Of a stretch of 26,321 bases of DNA, positions 22,246 to 26,321 are shown one piece after another. Positions within the stretch are counted from its first letter, which is position 1. Every line of letters begins with the position of its first letter. Source of the stretch: Piromyces finnis finn (taxonomy: Eukaryota > Fungi > Neocallimastigomycota); NCBI GenBank assembly GCA_002104945.1, contig MCFH01000143.1, forward strand, positions 1 to 26,321, read 5' to 3'. Under the pieces are notes generated by a model, which made no database searches, was not told the origin of the DNA, and worked only from the letters and a program-made list of their open reading frames with translations. A program made the translations under genes and the position numbers.

Positions 22246-22368
22246 ATTTATGATATAGATGAATTTATTAAAAGAATTAAAATCTACCGTAAGCTCATTG
22301 ATTACATCCACAAAAGATGTAATGAATTTAGGAAGCAAGAATATCTTCATTGGATTAAAACAGGATGT
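22246..22368 (+). mobile_element. 123-bp captured internal LINE fragment (copy of 24970-25092)
   Basis: Identical except for one substitution (G22335 vs A25059). Confidence 0.92.
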
Positions 22369-22615
22369 CCCTCTTGGGAACGTGCCTTCATTTATTTAAT
22401 AAATGTAGTTTCTCAAGGGGGTCTACTCATGCTCATGGTACTGAGAGAGTAGAAAGAATTAAATCCAAGTATTGCGCAATGGATGCTTGGTGCCCTCTTA
22501 GGAATGTGCCTTCATTTATTTAATAAATGTAATTTCTCAAGGGGGTCTACTCATGCTCATGGTACTGAGAGAGTAGAAAGAATTAAATCCAAGCATTGCG
22601 CAATGGATGCTTGGT
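22369..22615 (+). repeat. Tandem duplicate of a 124-bp, 41% GC, hairpin-forming unit (22369-22492, 22493-22615), plus a third partial motif at 22646-22661
   Basis: The two copies differ at 4 positions. Each unit folds into three stem-loops. Possibly a structured ncRNA or cis element, but no known family was recognised. Confidence 0.9.
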
Positions 22616-22647
22616 TAGTCTTCAAGGGAAAATTATTAGGACTAAGC

Positions 22648-22857
22648 TCATGGTACTGAGCGATTAAAAAACATTTTATTCATCAAATTTAAGTATTTGA
22701 TGAATAAGTGAATGTTTGATTTTTCAGGTAAGTTTGTATAGTATTTAATTAGAAGAGTAATACATTTTGTTGCTGTATTTTTTCTTTTATTCATGTATTC
22801 ATGTAGTACTACTCTTCTCTTGTAAGAATCCAATGTAGTCAACTTTAGCATTTGCAT
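22648..22857 (-). pseudogene. Possible degenerate ORF remnant of unknown origin
   Basis: A 69-aa ORF whose frame extends upstream to about 22960 through in-frame stops. No recognisable domain. Confidence 0.15.
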
Positions 22858-23258
22858 TGTACTTTTATATTCATGTAGCTATTGTTGTATTGTTTCTTGT
22901 AAGAGACTGATTCACTCTACATCATGTAAAAATACTATTCACAAGCTTTCTGGTGTCGACATTCTTGATTCAAATTTTTTACCAATTTAAATATTTAATG
23001 AAAAGTAAAGTCAAACAAGTTTAGTGTCAAAAAGCGAATCGAATTTACTAACAACAAACCAAAACTAGAATTTTTAAAGAAAATTTACAACTAGAATTCA
23101 AAAAAAGAAACTTTAAACAAAGCATCGTAACAATTTTTGTACTATCCAGTACTTTTAAGAAGAGAGAGAGAGACAGATTTTTTTCCATATACGTTATATT
23201 TGTAATTTTTATTAGTATTTATTTTATATTCAATATTTTTTAATTAGAATTTATTATC

Positions 23259-26200
23259 ATGTCAGTCCTTTATATTAAAGATAAGAATTATATCAGACGT
23301 GGTACCCGGTCTTATGGTATCCCTTAGATGATATTCGCTCCTTCTTTATCCGTGGTATTCGATCATGGTCAGTAAATATGCTATGGGAAAAACTCGAGGT
23401 TATTCTAGAAGATAAATTTAATTCAGTTATTAGTGTTAAATATTTTCAAACTTTCAATGATCACTTTTTCTTAGTCAAGGTTCATGGTTCATCAAAAGAT
23501 TGTATTAAAATCTTACACATGTTAAAGAAGAAACTTTCAGTTACCTCAATTTCCTTTTCAGCTCGTAGTAGAAGGAATCACAAATACACTTTTTCCACTC
23601 TCAAACGTAAAATTTTAGTTTCTAATAAACATCAACATTCTATTCAACAATCATTTCAACAATCAGTTCAACAATCAGTTCAACAATCTCATCAACAATC
23701 CGATCTTCAACAAGATCTTCAACAGGATCTTCAACAAGTTTCCCATCATGAAAATATTCCAGATCTACAGCAAACACAATTTCAATCTCAACATTCAACA
23801 ATTAATTCTAATAGTTCTATCAACTCTGATAACAGTTCAATAGTTGATAGTTCTTCAGTTTCACAGCCATCTAGTAATAGTTCTACTTATTCCTCTGATG
23901 CATCATCCATTAATAACGATGACTTTAATAATAATAATAATAGCAACGATTCTTCCTCATCCAACAAGCCTGATAACTTTTCTTTTTGTCTTAGTTGGAA
24001 CACCAATGGGTGGAATCATGAAAAGAGAGATAGTATTAGCTATTTCACAGCTATTTTCAAACCATTATTCTTATGTTTCCAAGAAACTGGTAATGGTTCT
24101 GGATCGAATACAGATTATCCTTGTCGTGTTACTTTGCGAAACTATAGACACTTTTTCAAGAAAGCTGACGAATCAGTTCCGGGAATGAGAGGTTTATATT
24201 TAGGTTTTCACAATTCATGTCAAGCCTCACTTGAAAACTTCTCTGGAAAGTATATTATTTCTATTTATACTTTTAGTCTCTGGAATAGATTCAAATGCTC
24301 GATTGGAAATGTTTATATGCCTCATAGTCATCACAACATCTATGTTGATCATGCAAAGTTAGAAGTTCGCTTGTGGTTACAAACTCATTCATCCCATCCA
24401 TCGATTCTTGTTGGTGATTTTAATATGTCTAAAGTAAAATTATCCAACTGGTTATCAACTAATGGATTAGGAGATTGGGAAATTCTTCCGCTTAGAGGGT
24501 CTACTATCTCTTGGACTCGAGGTGATCAATCTTCCGATATTGACCATGCTCTTATCAATTCGAAGATGAAAGATCTTATTCACTCAGGATCATTTATAAA
24601 TAATTTTTATCCTGTATCAGACCATAAGCCACTTCTTATTAATGGTAAAATTATTCCTATGGAAGATTTTTCTAATGACTTTAATGTTCCTAAGAAAATT
24701 CTGAAATGGAATAGATTAAAATGTATTGAGGAAAAGGAATCTATTATCAGTCATAATAAATTCCAAATTCTTTCAGCAAAATTCAACGATCCTAATGTTT
24801 CTACAGATGAACTTTCCAAAGAGTTTACTTCAACTGCTTTTTCAATTGCAGACGAGCTCAGTATTACTTCAGCAAATAATGTTATAAAGTCTTCATTTCA
24901 TATTTCACAACAAATTTTTAATCTCCAAAAAATCAAAATGAAGTTGTATAAGAGATTTAAAAAGAAAGAATTTATGATATAGATGAATTTATTAAAAGAA
25001 TTAAAATCTACCGTAAGCTCATTGATTACATCCACAAAAGATGTAATGAATTTAGGAAACAAGAATATCTTCATTGGATTAAAACAGGATGTGAGTATAT
25101 GAAGAGTCATAATCCTAAGAAGGCCTGGAAATGGATCAAGAAAACTGCAAAAATTGGAAAAGATTCTTTCTTTATTGCTCAACCAATTAAAAACAAAAAT
25201 GGAGAATTAGTTGTTGCTACGGAAGAACAACTAGATGTGTGGCATGATCATTTCGAAAAGCTTGCATCAGATCCAAGTGGTGTAAGTCTTGATTTGGAGC
25301 ATTGGTATGAAGAACCAACGAATAAACGTTTTTCACTCCCTATGCTTGATGAATGGGATATCAACCAAGATATTAGTATTGATGAAGTCAAGTCAGCTAT
25401 CCTCTCTACTCCGAATTATAAAGCATCAGGTCCGGATGGTATTCCAATTGAATTTTACAAAGCATTAATTCCATCAAGTAATGATTCTAATAATGCTACA
25501 GGTAATAATTCTTCCGGTAATACCACTTCAGATAATGATGCTTATGGTTTAAAATTTTATTCTTAAATTATTCAACCGTACTTGGAATGGAGATTTCCCC
25601 AACTCATGGAATGAATCCAGTATTGTTTCCATTCCTAAGAAGGGAGATTTGACAGATTGTGATAACTATCGAGGTATATCACTTATCAATAATGGTATTA
25701 AGTTGATTTCCAAAATTGTCACCACTAGAATCTCAGAATATGGTCTAAAGAATAATTTCATTAGACCTGAACAATTTGGTTTTCGAAAAAAAGGAAGAAG
25801 TATCAGTCTTTTCATTTCAATCCAAAGAAATATGCCGTAGACGTCAATTAGATAATAAAGAGACATTATTTGGCCTTTTTTAGATCTCAGGAAAGCATAC
25901 GATTCAGTCCCAATCGGTAATATTCTCCATAAATTAGATTGTTTAGGAATCCGAGGTAAGAGTTTACAATTCATCAAAAATTTATATTTAACATCTAAGG
26001 CTAATGTCAAATTAGATGGACAATTCTCGAAATCTTTTGATGTGAAGAAAGGAGTCCGTCAAGGTTGCCCTCTTTCTCCTTTCTCTTTAATCTCTTTATT
26101 AATGATATATTTAAAGAGTGTGAAGATCTCGGAGTCAGTTTAGGTGACACTCGATGCTGTGGTGGACTTTTTGCAGATGATATAGTTATTTGTGCTCCAA

Positions 26201-26321
26201 CAAGAGGATGCTTAAAAAAGATGCTTAGAAGAGTTAATGAATGGGCCTTGTATAATGAAATGGAATTTGGTATCCAGAAGTGTTCAACGATGGTGATTCG
26301 TCCTGAATCAATAGAAAATCA
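23259..26321 (+). mobile_element. Young non-LTR retrotransposon (RTE-like): N-terminal extension + APE endonuclease + reverse transcriptase, cut off at the window end
   Basis: APE motifs SWNTNG, LCFQET, GNVYMP, ILVGDFN, IDHALI, SDHKPL. RT motifs KASGPDGIP, PKKGDLTDCDNYRGISL, EQFGFR, FLDLRKAYDSVP, GVRQGCPLSP, LFADDIV. These join only after single-base frameshifts. Probable start ATG at 23259, upstream of the track's 23378. Confidence 0.95.

Noticed and set aside
22369-22615. Resemblance of the hairpin unit to known RNAs: hammerhead (CUGAGAGA...GAAA), SRP Alu (GUGCC, UGUAGU, CUACUC, CUGAG), U4/U6 (UGCGCA), U1 (minus-strand AUCCAUUGC), H/ACA
   Set aside because: Only short scattered motifs. No valid hammerhead stem II, no SRP S domain, no U1 5' end or Sm site, no terminal ACA, no HDV-like P3/J4-2. 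No family name assigned.
22369-22661. Repeat-spacer (CRISPR-like) reading of the tandem
   Set aside because: Units are contiguous with no unique spacers; eukaryotic context, no cas genes.

Overview
Extremely AT-rich eukaryotic DNA. The composition, codon usage and repeat content resemble anaerobic gut fungi (Neocallimastigomycota); this is an inference. The window has three zones. (1) 1-11671 is one giant inverted repeat: two ~5.8-kb arms (1-5790 and 5881-11671) around a ~90-bp non-palindromic AT-rich centre. Where I compared the arms they differ essentially only by 1-2 base indels, so this is either a fold-back assembly/library artefact or a real palindrome or hairpin end. Each arm carries an old LINE 3' relic and two paralogous orphan ORFs, one of them an ATG-less remnant ending in polybasic+CVIM (CaaX). 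(2) 12573-20309 holds three co-oriented, intronless, signal-peptide-less paralogues. Each has an N-terminal bacterial-type chitin-binding module (CBM12/ChtBD3-like), a C-terminal pair of DM9 (DUF3421) lectin repeats, and a very different linker between them: a 212-aa His/GLFG/Q-G-Y-P repeat, a 29-aa charged segment, or a 76-aa His-repeat+polyQ. A ~355-bp (TTA)n lies between the first two. (3) 21030-26321 is a LINE nest. It contains a 5'-truncated poly(A)-tailed insertion with a 13-bp TSD, a 123-bp captured LINE fragment fused to a 124-bp tandem duplicate that folds into three hairpins (all four differences between the copies preserve pairing), and a young APE+RT LINE that runs off the window end with indel-only defects. 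No rRNA, tRNA or CRISPR array was recognised.
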